From: Octopus vulgaris
Taxonomy: Eukaryota
DNA: 64,000 nucleotides
Assembly: GCA_951406725.2 (NCBI GenBank)
Contig: OX597832.1
Coordinates: 35,588,001 to 35,652,000 of the forward strand
Direction: 5' to 3'
This document shows, one piece after another, positions 39,589 to 54,490 of the stretch (positions are counted from its first letter, which is position 1; each line of letters opens with the position of its first letter). Both the position numbers and the translations under genes were made by a program. The notes under the pieces were generated by a model that was not told the origin of the DNA, made no database searches, and was given only the letters and a program-made list of their open reading frames with translations.

Positions 39589-40702
39589 TACTACTGTTGT
39601 AATTGTGTAAAATTCTTTTGTAAAGGCAGAGACTTGGCAAATTGGTTAAGGCATCAAATAGAATGGCTCACTGCATTCTGATTTCAAATAACGTCAAGAT
39701 TACTGTGCCTTTATCATTTTGAAATGAATAATTCAAATACCAGTTCAGAGTTGTGGCAAATTTGTCTGAGTATTGTATGGGAAGTGTTGTAATATCTGAT
39801 CCAGGTGTTTGTGTCCTAATAGCAACATTTGCAATGACACAGGTGTCAAAGTGTACTCTTGTTCTTGCCATGGGTAACCTCTTTAGAGTGGATGGGAAAG
39901 ATTCACAAGAATGTATAACTACTGGTTTGCTGACAATGTTAAAAGGATATGGTAATTCTATATCATTATAACACTAAAGAATCTTAACCAGTGCAGCACT
40001 TTGCAATAGTCTCACCAGAGAAAAAAGTTGATGCAAAGAATGATGCCAGTCATTAATCAAAGGACATTATTAGTTGTCCTGGTTGGATAGTTGTGATAAA
40101 CTGCTGCGTTCTTTTAGAAAAAGCTGCTCGAATTGAGGAATGTTGAAGAAGTATTAAAGAGAATCTAGCAGATAAAATAAAACTTAGCATCATATATTTC
40201 TAAACAATATTTACCTTAACTCTAGATTTCTTTCTTTTACCTATATTCTTTTAGTTTAGAATTTTGAAAGCAAAATTGTCCATTAAATTTACCAATAAAA
40301 GCTAAGATCAATAACTTTGTATACTGGAATCGTTTTTCCATTATGAGGGGCTATCTTTTCTAGACACATACACATATGTATGTATGTATGTGTGTGTGTG
40401 TGTGTGTGTATTTGTTTTTAAGCAATTCTTCAGCATTTCATTGAATACAAATCCAATAAGGAAAAATCAGAAATGCCTTAGTTTAATAAAAACATTGAAG
40501 AGGAAATGGAAAATTTTAGCTTTTAGATTAATATAATTCTATAATATTTCCTCATTTTCTATACAGTTTTCTGGTGGTGATAACAGAAAAAGGAGGAAGA
40601 AGAAAAATTAAGTTTCTTTCTTAATGCCATTTAGAAGGCAAGAGTATCCTTAAAAAGATTATTTTATACATGTGCAAAATAATGATGATGATGATGATAA
40701 TA

Positions 40703-40870
40703 GGTGCAGGAGTGGCTGTGTGGTAAGAAGCTTGCTTCTCAACCACACAGTTCCAGATTCAGTCCCACCGCATGACACCTTGGGCAAGTGTCTTCTTCTA
40801 TAAGCCTTGGGCCAACCAAATCCTTGTGAGTGGATTTGGCAGATGGAAACCAGAAGAAGCTCATCGTGTA
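40703..40870 (+). mobile_element. tRNA-derived SINE family A (head)
   Basis: GGAGTGGCTGTGTGGTAAG...TTCAGTCCCAC; other copies at 22447-22522, 45988-46145, 48798 and 60927 (minus). Confidence 0.8.
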
Positions 40871-41297
40871 TATATATATATATATATATATATAGAATAC
40901 AAAAAATGAACTTAAATCTTGCTTGCTTGCAAGGTTACACAGCCAAACAGGCACATAATGGGAAAATATTATGAAAGTAAAGTGCCCTGAAATGTGAATA
41001 CAGATGGAATAAAACAAGTTTCACATAAATCTGACCAGTGGTTATTGAAATATTTAGGGCTTTGAGGTTATAAATACCCAAAACTGCATAATGAGCAAAA
41101 AATATTCAGAAAATAACTTAACCCTGAAAGGGAAGAAACTCTAGCCTCTCCATTAGACACATTATGATGGGTAAAATATTTTAAAGCGAAAATGACTTTA
41201 AAAATACAATAAATTTTTGTATAAGATCCGTTCGTCACCTTGGTGTGAAATAGTTTTTTTCTATTGGTTTCTTTCAAGTGTATTCAATGTATCTCAC

Positions 41298-41489
41298 CTC
41301 CAAAGATTTGGCTGCTGTTTCTATTACATTCTGCTACTATGCAACAGCTATCTGCAATAAAGGACCTGAAATACTTGCTACGTGGTAGCAGGGCATGCAA
41401 GAAATAGCAACCAAATCTTTCCTTTTTCTGGGGAAAGGAGCTGTTTACGTGTGATTTTGATGTCATTCGCTGAAAGCATGTGAAATCAC
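41298..41489 (-). other. Candidate upstream (5' UTR) exon of the POPDC gene
   Basis: Strong acceptor ttgtttcttgtttttttttccttttctag and donor GAG|GTGAGA around 192 nt of non-repetitive sequence; no transcript evidence. Confidence 0.4.
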
Positions 41490-41607
41490 CTAGAAAAGGA
41501 AAAAAAAAACAAGAAACAAAACTCTGTTTCTGGGAAACTCAGACTTTCCCAGCGACCCAACAGGTCATGGATAATTTAGTATATATATGTATATATTTGT
41601 GTGTGTA

Positions 41608-41822
41608 TGTCTGTGTTTGTCCCCTCACCATCGCTTGACAACTGATGCTGGTGTGTTTATGTCCCCCGTAACTTAGCAATTCGGCAAAAGAGACAGATAG
41701 AATAGGTACTAGGCTTACAAAGAATAAATCCTGGAGTCAATTTCTTTGACTAACACCCTTTAAGGCAGTGCTCCAGCATGGCCGCAGTCAAATGACTGAA
41801 ACAAGTAAAAGTAAAAGAATAA
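41608..41822 (+). mobile_element. SINE family A 3' module with LINE-like tail
   Basis: catcgcttgacaac..gtcccccgtaacttagc..gtgctccagcatggccgcagtcaaatgactgaaacaagtaaaag; also at 48085-48230 (minus). Confidence 0.8.
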
Positions 41823-44106
41823 TAAGCAAACATTTTAAATTTCAGAAAGGAAGAGAAATGGAAAATAAGTTTAATTTTTACTCTCTTTTCTTCTACTTCA
41901 AATTTGAAGAAATATGTTTTTATTTTTTAAATGAAATATTCATTTATTCTGAATAATATCATAGAATTTCTTTAGGTGAAAATGTGATATTTTGTTCAGT
42001 GATGGCTCCTAATTAACTACAGATTCATTCCTTTCCCCCCCATGCAATATCAAGTGATATTAGAGAAGTAGAGAGAGAATGATGTCTTCAAACGGAACCT
42101 CACTGACAACTGTTGCCGTTTCTATTTCACAACTGAGTTGCTAATATTAGCAATCATAACATTTGTCTTAGAATTTTACAGATTAAATCAAAATCAACAT
42201 CATTCAAAGATGTTAAATTCCATGCCTACTCTTTTTTGGTGTTTAACTCTATTACCCACTCTCTTGGAAGATTACATATTAAATTTCCAGAATCTATTAG
42301 TTCCAAAGCAAGGTAAAAGGTATTTTTAGGAAGCAAGTGATTTGTAGAATCTCATAGTTGACTGTGCATTAATTATGACAGCTTCTCAAGATATGTAGTT
42401 GCAATACAATCATTCCCCAAACAATTCCAACTAAATGTTTCATACCATCATCATCATTTTCACATCTGCCTTCCATGTTGGCATGGGTCGGATGGCTCAT
42501 GGTAGTCTGAGTCATTTGTTATTAATAGTGATTGTTCTCATAGACCAGTGTTTATACATGATAGTTTGGTTTGGTTTCTATAGCTGGATGCCTTTCTAAC
42601 AGCCAACCACTTTACAGTGTATAATGGGGGAATTTTCTTGTGGCACAAATACTAGGGAATGTCTTACTCATCAATCTATCAAGAGGAAGTGTGGGAGGAG
42701 GAGGAGGAAGACTTTCCATTGTGTCACCAATACTGGAGGTGGGGCTTAGTGTGCAATAATTGTAAAAAAGTACTCAATACCTAAGATGTGTGAACTAAAC
42801 AGTGAAATAGGAGAGTATGATCAATGACAGAAGAAAAACTAGAAATGGGTGGGTGAGGGGAGCAAGAAAAAATATGTGTGAAGAGAACTCAATAAACGAA
42901 GGTGAGTGCATTTGCTCATATGACCAAGGAAGAAAACGGGAATGTAAAGAATAACAACAGAAATACCAGAATGGATGAATGAATGAAGCAAGGGTTTGAT
43001 AGAGAAGGCCTGGTTATTTGGGGTGAAGTTAAGACAAGCAGGAATAGAAGAAAGGAGGAGTAGAGAAGCATAAGCAGGGTACGTTTGAAAGGGATTGGAA
43101 TAGAGAGATTGTGTGGGCAAGCTGTGAACATATGTTTGCATGAGTGATGAGGTGTATGCGTGCTTGGATTCCTATTAATAATATACAAGGATTAATGAGG
43201 TGCGGGTGTGTGCATGCATGCATGTGTGTGTGTGTTTAAATGATGTTATGTTCTTGAGGTAATCTGCAACCTTGTGTGGAAAAGTGGGTGTTAGAGGATG
43301 TGTGTGTGTGTGAGTGTGTGAGTGTAGAATTTCTGTAACAAAATAAACTTAATGACATCAAACTTCCAGTAGAATTTTGGTGCCTGATTTCTTGGCAAAT
43401 CTCTTCTAATACACAGCTCCTTTTAATTAGACAGACTAAAGGAGACTGCATATTAAAGTGGTTTCCCAAGATGTTCATCTAATAAACACAGATGCAATAC
43501 TGAGATCCCTGTGAGGAGAAGTTTAACACTAAAACTCACTTTATTTATCAAACTTACAATTGTATGTTTCCAGTTGACTTTAACACTACTAATGACTCTA
43601 AGAGATGATCAAATGTAAATAAAAGATTTCCTGAGGTATGAGAATCTCTTTCCATTACTCCATGCCGTATATCACATCAGTTTATCACATCAGTTCATTC
43701 ATAGCCATTATATTCTATGGAGACTTACTGTAGTTTGTGTTTTATCCTTCATTTGTAGGAGACAATGGGCACCGTAAGTGGTCCTTATGACCTTATACAG
43801 TAGACTTGATTCAGAGAGATATATATAGAGAGAGAAAAGAAGAGGCAGAGAGAGAAAAAATAATAGACTCCAGTACATGATGACTTTATTTATCAATCCT
43901 AGAGGAATGGATCACAGGGAGCAGAACATTGAGCACAAGGCATTTTCCACAATCAAATTCTTTTTATAGAAAGTTATTTTTATACAGGAATTGATGTAAT
44001 AATATTTATTTCACAAGGTTGAATAAATTCAGAAAATACAAGGGTCCGGTAATCACAGTAAATGGAAGCAACCTAAGAGATTAGTATGTTTGAAATAAAA
44101 CCACTG

Positions 44107-44156
<50 letters not shown>

Positions 44157-47100
44157 GTGTGTGTGTATGGTTATGAAAGAGAGAGAGAAAGAGAAGTGGT
44201 AGAGGTAAGAAAACAGAAACAGTGACTGACACACGTGATTATGATATAAATCCACTGATGATAGAAGGGCAGCTACCCATAAACCAATAGTCAGTTAGGT
44301 GTGAAATTAATAAAGTGATAATTTAATTTAGTTAACGAGAATAAACTATACTCATGACTTGTGCAGAATCTGAAAAAATAGAAGGGGAGGGAGTTTAGAT
44401 TTAGGACTGTTGGGTTTTGAAGATGGTAGATATTTATAATGTGAAGTTTTCATTGGAAATAGATGGAGAAGCAAGCTGATTGTTGTCAGAGCAGAGCAGT
44501 ATTTAAACTGTAATAAAGAGATGACCCAAACAACCACTGAATATATTACGTAGAAATATTGATAAATAGCTCCTGATACAATATATAGCATCTATTTGAT
44601 TAATGCAGACAATCTAAGTGCTGTCAATATATATTGATTATCTAATGAAGTGTGTAATGGGAATCTGATGAGAGAATCAGGGAATTACAGGCATCTAATG
44701 GTCTCAGTAAGGAATGAAACTGGAATGATATGAAGGAAGAAGGGAGAAGAAGTGTGACAGCAACTATTGGAAGAAAGAGAAAATTTAACAACAACAACTC
44801 GTGAATTGAGATGACAACTAAGATTGATGATATCTATTGACTTTACACGAGTTCAGTTTTGGAGTTGGAACTATTCTGGAATAGTAATTTTCATACTAAA
44901 CTAGATGGTGAAGATGGAACTTGTTTTGGGCCATTTCGGCTGACTAAGGTATGAAATCTATTTGTTCTACTATTGTATGGTTAGCGGTATTTCAAGACTC
45001 GAAGGAAAAGGGATTTTCTGCATCCTTGGATATGATGATAGTGTTTTTCATAAGGAAATGATGATGGAAGCTGCAGTAGCAAATATAAGGACATACAGAA
45101 AAAATAAAGAATCATATAAAAAAAATACCACAGTAAACAGTATGGAATATTTTACATTGTAAAGTAATATTATTTGTCAGCTAGGATTGAAACAACTTCC
45201 TACTTTTCTAAACTCTTAAAAAGAACCAACATTTATAGTACCAATACCAACATCTTAGAACTGACCATTAATTACTAACTGACCTTAGAAACTTATTTTG
45301 ATATGCTGGTCAACCAGGCAACAATAGGATCTCTCTATCATTTACCATTTATAACCTCAAGTGGTTGTGGAATTGGCTGAAGAATTCTTTGCAAATATCA
45401 CTGGAGACATACAAGCTAATCAAGTGTAACAACTAAAGAATTCACACACGCTTCAAATCAAAGTCTTGTATCAGTGAAGAAATCCAAATGATATGAAGTC
45501 TAACTGTAAAAGAAAAAATGTAGTTAAACATGCTGGACATAGAAGGGGAAGAAGGAGCTGCATCTTACTTTTGTCATATTTTGACATTTTCCAACAAAGA
45601 AGAAATGGAAAATACTTTAGAGAATGAAAATATATTTCTCTGCAAATTTAGTTTTGTCTTGTGTAAAACCCCACCAGAATATCCCCAATATTAAATATGC
45701 CTTACATGCAGTAATATTCATCATTGTCACAGAATATTCTTCACATTTTAGACTGTTAGTGAATTAATGTTATCAGGGTTTTTTTTTACTTCATATTTGC
45801 ATCTATTTGCAAAAAAAAAAAATAAACGTATAGGAAATCTGTATCTTATAAATCACTATGGTGATAAACAGATCCTAACAATATTTTACATCATTGAGGT
45901 ACTTTATGGACAGAAAAAAATGGAAATATTTTGCTAAAGACATTAGCAATACAACAGTTTAAGTTTCCATTTATTGTGAAGTTTGGACATGGCTGTGAGG
46001 TAAGAAGTTTCCTTCTCAACCAAATGGTTCCAGGTTTAGTCCTATTGCATGAAACCTTGAGCAAGTGTCTTCTATTATAGTCTCAGACCAACCAAAGCCT
46101 TGTGAGTAGATTTGGTAGATGGAAACTGAATGAAACCTGTTATATGTGCGTGCATGTGTGTGTGTGTTTGGGTCTGTGTTTGTGCCCCACCACTGCAAGA
46201 GAGTGAGGAAAGTAAGAAACTTTTAGTTGATAGATTACAGCTGTTAACTTTCAAGAGATAGAATTAGTGTGTGTGTGTGTGTGGGGGGGGTGAGATGAGA
46301 AAGTAAATAGAGTTGGAGAAATCATGGTTGTGAGTTTCCTTACTTGACTCCCTCCAATGAGTTCATGTGATAGGGCATTGAAATAAGACTATGGTTCAAA
46401 TATATAGAAAACAAAAGAGAGAGGTGGGTGAGGGAACAACAAGCAGGTGTTTGACACTAGGGAAAAATGGGAAAGTCTTTGATGTTTCAAGCCTATGCTC
46501 TTTGTCAGAAAGGAATGAAAAGAGGAAAAAATGGAGAGAAAAAACATGTTGGGATTAATGGTTTCACATATTATCATGAATTATCTTGATTAAATGAAAA
46601 TATATTTATAGTTCATAACTTCTTGAACGTATTTCTCCTTTCTTAATATCATTGAAAGAGGATTATCAGGGAATGGCGTCCACTGATGTTTTCTTTCTAA
46701 TTCCTTCAACACACACACACACACACACATTTCTGGAGGAAGAGATTCTGACTGTGTCAGTTAATCAGTTAGTATAACAAGTATTAGTCTCTTTATTAGT
46801 ATTTCTGGCAAAGTAATATAAACTGAAACTAAGCTAATAACAACATCTTATCTATAATGAGTGAACCTGAACAACCGTGACTGACAATTACAACACAGTT
46901 TACGAGAATGGAAGAGTGACTCTTCTATGGCATTAACTCTTCTATGGTGTTATTCTATTATAATACCAGCTGTAGCAAGAAATTACCAATTTTTAACAAG
47001 TTAATACACCAATCCAAACCATTTTCTCATTGCTACATAAACAAGATTAAGTATTTTTCAATTGGAGAGATTAAAAGTGGTGATTAGTTCTGTTTCCATT

Positions 47101-48797
47101 TTAATCCCCAAGCAGGTGGGAGACAGACTGCTTGTGGGGATACACCTCTTCTGAATCTCAGAGAAACAGAACTCTAGTACATAGCTACAGTTTCTATGGT
47201 TTCAAATCGATGGTGGATCATCTCTACTTGGATAAAATACAAGCATATGTCAATAAACTCTCAATTAGCTACAAGCAGGTTCATGACTGCTAAATTCTCC
47301 CAGAAGAAGAACTTATCTAGTTGTATATCTGTGCATGCCTCATCAGTTCCATGACAATACATTAACCTCCTCATCCTCTGTAGAACTGATTTACAACCTA
47401 ACATGGCTTATTCAGAGGAATAAGGCCAGTTACCATAACTGGGGCCACAGGAGGGAAGAATGAAATTATCCTGACCTGAATGGCCACAAAAACTACACTC
47501 CATTAAAGGCACACAGAGGCAAGGCGATGGTGTCCATCTGGCTAATGGATTCTGTTCACAAGAACAAACTCTAAGGAGAATTCCAGAAAGGCTTAAATAT
47601 GCTAAATTTTTCTCAAAATAATTTGGCTGATCTGAGACTCGCTCAATAAAATGACTACATACAACACCCTCCTGCCACACTGACCAACAAAATGACAGTA
47701 TACAACATTCTCATTATTCTCCATCCAATACAACGAAGCTTCTTACATTCTCTTGTCTCACTACTCAGCAAAATCACAAAATATTGTCTCATTGTCCAAC
47801 ACATTGACAATAGAAAACAATAGCTTGTCTCACTCTTTCCACAATACGATATAACATCCTCTTGTCAACAGAATTCTACTCTCTCTCTCTCTCTCCTGTC
47901 TCATCTCCCAACACAATAATAGCATCTAACATTGTCTTGTATTCCTGCCTAACACAACAACTTCAGTCTTCCGTCACTGGCCGACACAATAACAGGGCAT
48001 CGTAACTTATTTGTTCATTGTACAGTGACAATATAGGACACTATCTTGCCTTACTGCCTAATACAATTTTTTTGTATTCTTTCACACATTTCAGTCATTT
48101 GATTGTGGCCATGCTGGAGCACCACCTTTAGTTGAACAAATCAACCCCAGGACTTATTCTTTGTAAGCCTAGTACTTATTCTATCGGTCTCTTTTGCTGA
48201 ACCAATAGGTTTCAGGGACATAAACACACAATATATGACATCCTCATTATTTACCCTTGTCCAACACAACAGGTCTTTATATGTCGTGTCTCATGGCTCA
48301 AGAAAATGATAGTAAAGAACTCTCTCTGGCAGTAAAACAGAAATGTGTTCTATATAACAGTATGTTGTATTGAGCAATGAGCTAAGAGGCTGCTATATAT
48401 TTGAATTGGTCAGTAAAATAGCTTCCTCTTGTCTCCCTGTTGTATTGATCTATTCATATCATGTCTAGTTCCTTGTCTCATTACCCCAAACGTATCAATA
48501 TGTCAATGCCATGTCTCCCCTTTTGGCTCAATAACTTGCATCAACCCAAGCCGTCAACATGTCCACCTCTTTGTCTTGCAGCCCCTATTTTACCAATTCC
48601 CTCACCCCATGTCTATCCTCCGGCCTCATTCTCTTCGAACCAATATGATCACTGATTAAGAGTTCAATAAGCCATCTCCTGATTACTCTACAATGATAGT
48701 CATGTAATAATCTCCAGATAGTTGATTAAGAGATAATCTCTCTCCCTCTCTGATTCATCTTTTGTTGTTTTAAGATTAAAATTATTTTATGAACAAA

Positions 48798-49075
48798 GTG
48801 CAGGAGTGGCAGTGTGGTAAGAAGCTTGGTTCCTGGTTCAGTCCCACTGTGTGGCACTTGGGCAAGGATCTTCTGCTATAGCCTTGAGCTGACCAAAGCC
48901 TTGTGAGTGGATTTGCTTGGCAGAAACTGAATGGAGTCCATCCTGTGTGTGTGTGTGTGCAGAATAAGTACTCGGCTTACAAAAAAATGTCCTGGGGTTG
49001 ATTTGTTCGACTAAAGGCAGTGCTCCAGCATGGCTGCAGTCAAAATGACTGAAACAAGTAAAAGAATAAAAGTAA
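48798..49075 (+). mobile_element. SINE family A, internally deleted
   Basis: Head, then (TG)n, then the 3' tail module. Confidence 0.8.
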
Positions 49076-52000
49076 ACAATCTCATTGTAATTAAGAACAA
49101 TATCCATCGGAATACACACACACATACACACGGTAAAAAATGTTTGAGTGGGTGGTAACTATATATAACAGTGTAGATACACACTTATCTTTAATGTACT
49201 CACACACATATATTTGTTTTTATTATTATTGTATAGTGACACGAAATAAAATGTCACTAAAACTTATTTCAGTCATTGCAGACAAAAACGTATTTGTGAT
49301 GACATTCAACAAAAGGCAGAAATTATTGTGTCTTTAAGACGAAATATTTTATGTTCTTTAGTGCTTCATCTGATGCGCAAGGGTTTAATCTTGAAGCTGA
49401 AAGATATACGAATATTGGTTTGTCACCCATGTCATGGCCTCATAATAATCTTCTTGAATTAAATCCCCACTGTGAACTGCAACAACCACCAAGACTCTTC
49501 TCTAACCATTACCTGCTGTACTATGTAGTCACCGCTCACTGTGTTCTCTAACAGCAACAACTACCACCATTTTCACCATCACAATCACCACTTCTACCAC
49601 CTAGACTATACTGTAATGACCTGCTACTATATTCCAAAGCCATGATTCACTGTGTACTGTAACAATCATCACCACTACTAATATAGTTTACTGTACTATA
49701 GCCATTCCCTATAGTACATGACTATAGTACATATGTGCTATAAGAACCACCACCACCACCACCACCACACCTTATACTTTAGCCGTCACTCTATACACTT
49801 AATTCCTCTATATACTTCAGCTACAACCAACCATTAACTGCAATCACTTGTTTACCCAGCTGTTATCATCCATTACCATCACAGCAGCCTCTTATATTGT
49901 TTAGAGGTGATCATTATTCTGCACCCAACATATACCCACCTTTTTTTCAACATCTACACACACACACACACACACACGTGTGAGTGTGTGTATGCTTTGT
50001 ACCATGACACCATCGACCAGTGAACAGATTTAATCATTCTTCTTCTATTGAAGTCAAAAGAGACATTTCAGTGAAGACAAAAGCAGAGCAAGGAAACCCA
50101 TTATGTTCTTAATGACAGTCAAGCACTAAGTAATTCACAAAGTTAAAATATTACCTGCAAAGGAATTAATACCATAATCAGATTGCTTTCTAGAGTTGCA
50201 GTGCCAAACTTATGCTGTTTTATTATTAAATATGTCAGGATTAACTTTACTGGTTCCATCCCATCTTCTCTCAATATATTTATGTCTCTAACCCCAATTT
50301 CTCACTGGATAGTTTTTAGAGAATAGTGTAATGAAACAATCCTATTAGCATCACCATTAAGAGACACTGTCACAGTAGGATGGGCAATATCACAGTGGAT
50401 ATTTCACATCAGGAGACTTCATTCCTGGAGTAGACGTCTAATGTTCAACCACTTTGAAATTAAAACAACAACCTTATTGATGGATGCCTGTACACAGTCA
50501 CTCAACTTGCTCAAAATTGCAGCTAAATCTTGCTCAGATTGCCTAAAAAAAAATGGAAGAACGTATTGAATAGACTGAAACTGTACAAAAAATAATGATG
50601 AGATGATCATGGCTAGAATACCTCTGATTACATTTGTCTGATTACATGTTTGTCTGACCTAGGGTTTAACAACAACAACAGTAAACCCACAAACATTAAA
50701 ACTGAACATATATGACTCTGATATCTGAATGATATATCTAGAGATATGACATCTGGTTACCATATATCACAACTGAATATGTTCTGTATTATAAATGACA
50801 ACTAAATATGGAAAAAAATCTACATTATAAATGATCTTCATAAACATGGTCTAAAGATGTTATATGATATATCATTACTAAGTATGATATATTACAAGTG
50901 GATATGGTATACCTACATATGTATGTGTACATATAAGTATGTGCTGATATGTATAAATATATGCATAAAAATATATGTGAATACATATATGGTAGCAAGG
51001 CAGTTTATCTAAAGACATGAAACTGCTGCCAGACACCCTGGCTCAGTTATGTGTAGGGGATTGAAGACTGGCTGCACAGTGCGACAGCATATAGCCTTTG
51101 TCTGTCTGCCTCCAATAAGACCATCTTAGTTGTTTATGACTGTATTTAATGACACCTCCTTAACGGTGTGAGTGTGTGCATCTGTGTCCATGAGATCATG
51201 GGAGTGTGTGTATGTGTGTAGGATTCTGCGATTGGCATAAGCCTTAATTTTCTAAAAGATACTTTGATACACACTGGTGATTATTGCTTTCTTTCTTTCT
51301 TTCTTTCTTTTTTTTTTGTAACTTGTTGTATTAGACCCCAACAATAAGAATTAAGTTGAAAATAATTCTGAAACAGTCACGTTGAGTGTCACTGTTGCAA
51401 TAAAACTGGGAGAGATGGTGTTTGTTTTGCAAATGTTTCTTTGTATTATAACTTGTGTTTTTCAGACCAGAAAGAGATTATAATACGACAGCTGTATTTT
51501 GTGAATAAGGTGATTGTGAAAGACTATCGGTAACATAGCTTCATGTTAGTAAAACATAATGGCAGTAGCACAGAAAGATCATTGGTGTGCTTGTGTGTAT
51601 ATTTCATTAGCAAGATGATACTATTGTCCTAAGTTCAGGTGGCAGCTACAAAGTTGGTCCCAAAATGGTTGCACAATTAGATTGATAAAAATAAATTCAA
51701 TTTGTACTTAACTAAAAGTAACACTAATATGATTAGTTCTTCATGGATTTTGGTCGAAGACTTTATAGACTCTGCTATAAATGAACAAAAGATGACTGAA
51801 ATAAGTGAGAGATTTGGACAGTCAATTTGTTATTGATTGCTAATGATAGATTTATTGATTAATGATTGATTATGGCTTGTGGGATGACAAGAAAAACAAA
51901 TGTAAAATTGTAACATTATTCTATCAAGTAAAAAAAAAATAAAAAGCTAGTTTAATCTCATATCATTCCAATCATTTTAAAATCCAATTCTTTTTTTTAC

Positions 52001-52567
52001 ACTGCTGCTGGTTGCAAAATGGTTTGCATTATTAGATGCAACTCTACTTTGTGTTATCTTCATTACTTACTTTTTAAAGTCCAAATTATATCATTGATTG
52101 AATACCATGAAGAACTAAACTGCTCGTCTTAACTTTTTGGGGATCCTATCCTTTTTTTCCCACATAGCCCTAAACTTACATACCTCTGTCCCTTACTATT
52201 AACCACCAGTTTTCTCTGAGTCTCCCTCTCTCTTCTCCTCCCTTATCTCCCTTCAAACAACACTAAACTGTTTCCAATGGCATTAAAATAACATTTCTGC
52301 TAGAAATAAAAGACAAATCTCTTACATTACCATCATAAAGAAGGCAGTTCACATTGGATAATGAGATTCTCAAATACTATGTCCGAAAAAAATGTGATGG
52401 TCATGGTAGACTTGTCTTTCATTATAGCTCTCTTTGATCAGAATAGATTTAGAGAACAACAGGCACCATGTGCAAAGAGTAGTAGTTGTAGTAATAGTAG
52501 AGTGAGAGTGAGAATGGTTAAAATTGCATGTTACCAAGCAACATCAGTAAACATAGATATATATATA

Positions 52568-52776
52568 AGGGGGTACTGAAAAGTTCCTTGCTTTAAGGGT
52601 ATCACAAAAGGCCTGGCTGGTGGCTCAACCTTCCAAGTTCTTTTACAGGGCTTAGAAAACTTGAAGGACTGCTGCAATAAGTGTGTGAATCTGAGAGGGG
52701 AATAGGTCGAATAATATCATAACTAACTGATCCTCCTGTACTTCCCTTTACTCAAAGCCAGGAACTTTTCAGCACC
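52568..52776 (+). mobile_element. Mariner-derived MITE
   Basis: TIRs ggtactgaaaagttccttgcttt / aaagccaggaacttttcagcacc; the interior resembles a transposase C-terminus (..NKCVNLRGE.VE*). Confidence 0.75.
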
Positions 52777-52785
52777 AATTTGTGT

Positions 52786-52825
<40 letters not shown>

Positions 52826-53124
52826 CAAACATAAAGAATATTAATATGAAATATTAAAAGCTAATGAACGTATCTAAATTATAATTAACAAATAAAGCAA
52901 TATTTTTTCAATCAATAAACATATAAATAAATAAATTACTCCATTATTTCTTAAATAAATATTATATTTATCATTCTGAAAATATTTATGAAATAAAAAA
53001 TTCCAAAACTAAAAACGTATTACTTATCGTTTATAAAATTATTTGTGAAAAAAGTAGTTATTATTATTATTATTATTATTAAATTGTCTTTCGATTAAGT
53101 TTAAATTTAATTGTAATTCGAATT

Positions 53125-53392
53125 GAAGTTATAGCCATGAAACGTACGTAGTCTTTTTACTTATTATATATTGTTTATCTATTTTTTTTTTTACTTTTTG
53201 TGATCTAGCTATATGTTTTATAATATATTTTATTTTTTCTTTATGATTTGGTTTATGTCTATCATTGTTTGATTTACATAATAGTGGTTTTTCTCTAATT
53301 TATATATATTACATATTTATATTATGAAATTTGATTTAATACTAAATCGAATCTTTCCCTGTAAGTTTGGAGTTATAATCCCTAATATTATT
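53125..53392 (+). mobile_element. Second copy of the 38270-38635 repeat, with hammerhead 3' half
   Basis: tatagccat-GAAA-C-GTAC-GTA; downstream ttccctgtaagtt and gaaatttgattta are shared with 38290-38340 (reverse complement). Confidence 0.55.
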
Positions 53393-53419
53393 ATAATAAT
53401 AATATATATATATACATAC

Positions 53420-53478
<59 letters not shown>

Positions 53479-54444
53479 ATATATAAATGGAAAAACGCAA
53501 TAGAGCAATATAGGACATTAAAACATTCAGACAGATAGATGATAGAAAGGCAGACAAAAGGACAGGCAAACAAACACGGGTCATTCTTGGCTTTCTTTCA
53601 TCTGTCAAGTCCCAGACATCACGACCATTTCGACCATTTCGGGCAGTTACACTTGAGACGGTTTGATCTGGTTGCCCCCCAAAAAGTCTAAGCTAAGAGC
53701 ATTAGACCCCTTTGTAAGAAAGCTAGCAAATGTGTATGGCAACAAAGACAAAATAACAGACAAACAAACAAGAAACAGAGAACATGGTACACAATTACGA
53801 ATAGAAACAACAAGAATATAACAACAGGTGTCTTTCGACTGAGAACGAATCAAATTGAGCTGGGGTGTATGAAGTGAAAGCCTAGCGGAAGGAATATAAG
53901 ACATGGACACAAGAGGTGTTAGTGTTCGGCAGTCAGGCCAAGAAAGGAAGATCATGGCTGGCCAGACACCGGTCACGTGGAAGGAGGAGAGATGGGTAGG
54001 GGGCAGCAGGATTGCTCATTGTATGGACACTCAAAGATTATACACCCATTAAAATAGGACAGTCAAGGTTGCAATACCTTGGTTATAGTTCTGCTCAATC
54101 ACAGTTTGACCCTAGAATTTAGTTGATGCCATTATCCAGCTTCAAGGTTCAGAGTATCACTTCCAAAACCATATTTGAAAAATAGAATTAAAATAACTTA
54201 CGTGAGTTTCCCATCTGAAAGCTTTAAAGTTAAAAAAAAAACAATAAAAATATATGAATATTTTATAAGGCAGAGTGTTAAATTATGCATAAAACTGAAA
54301 TTTAATCAGTGTATTCTCTCACTCCCTTTCAAACACACACACACCGTTTTAATTATAAAGGTGATGAGAAGAAAAAATGTAAGAGAAAAAGGATTTCCAT
54401 GTTCTGGGTTAAAAAATGCACACACACACACACACTTATGTGTG

Positions 54445-54490
<46 letters not shown>

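Noticed and set aside
53620-53730. Minus-strand hairpins ending tgcccGAAAtgGTCgaaa, hammerhead-like
   Set aside because: The 5' core reads CTTACAA and the stem I register is ambiguous.
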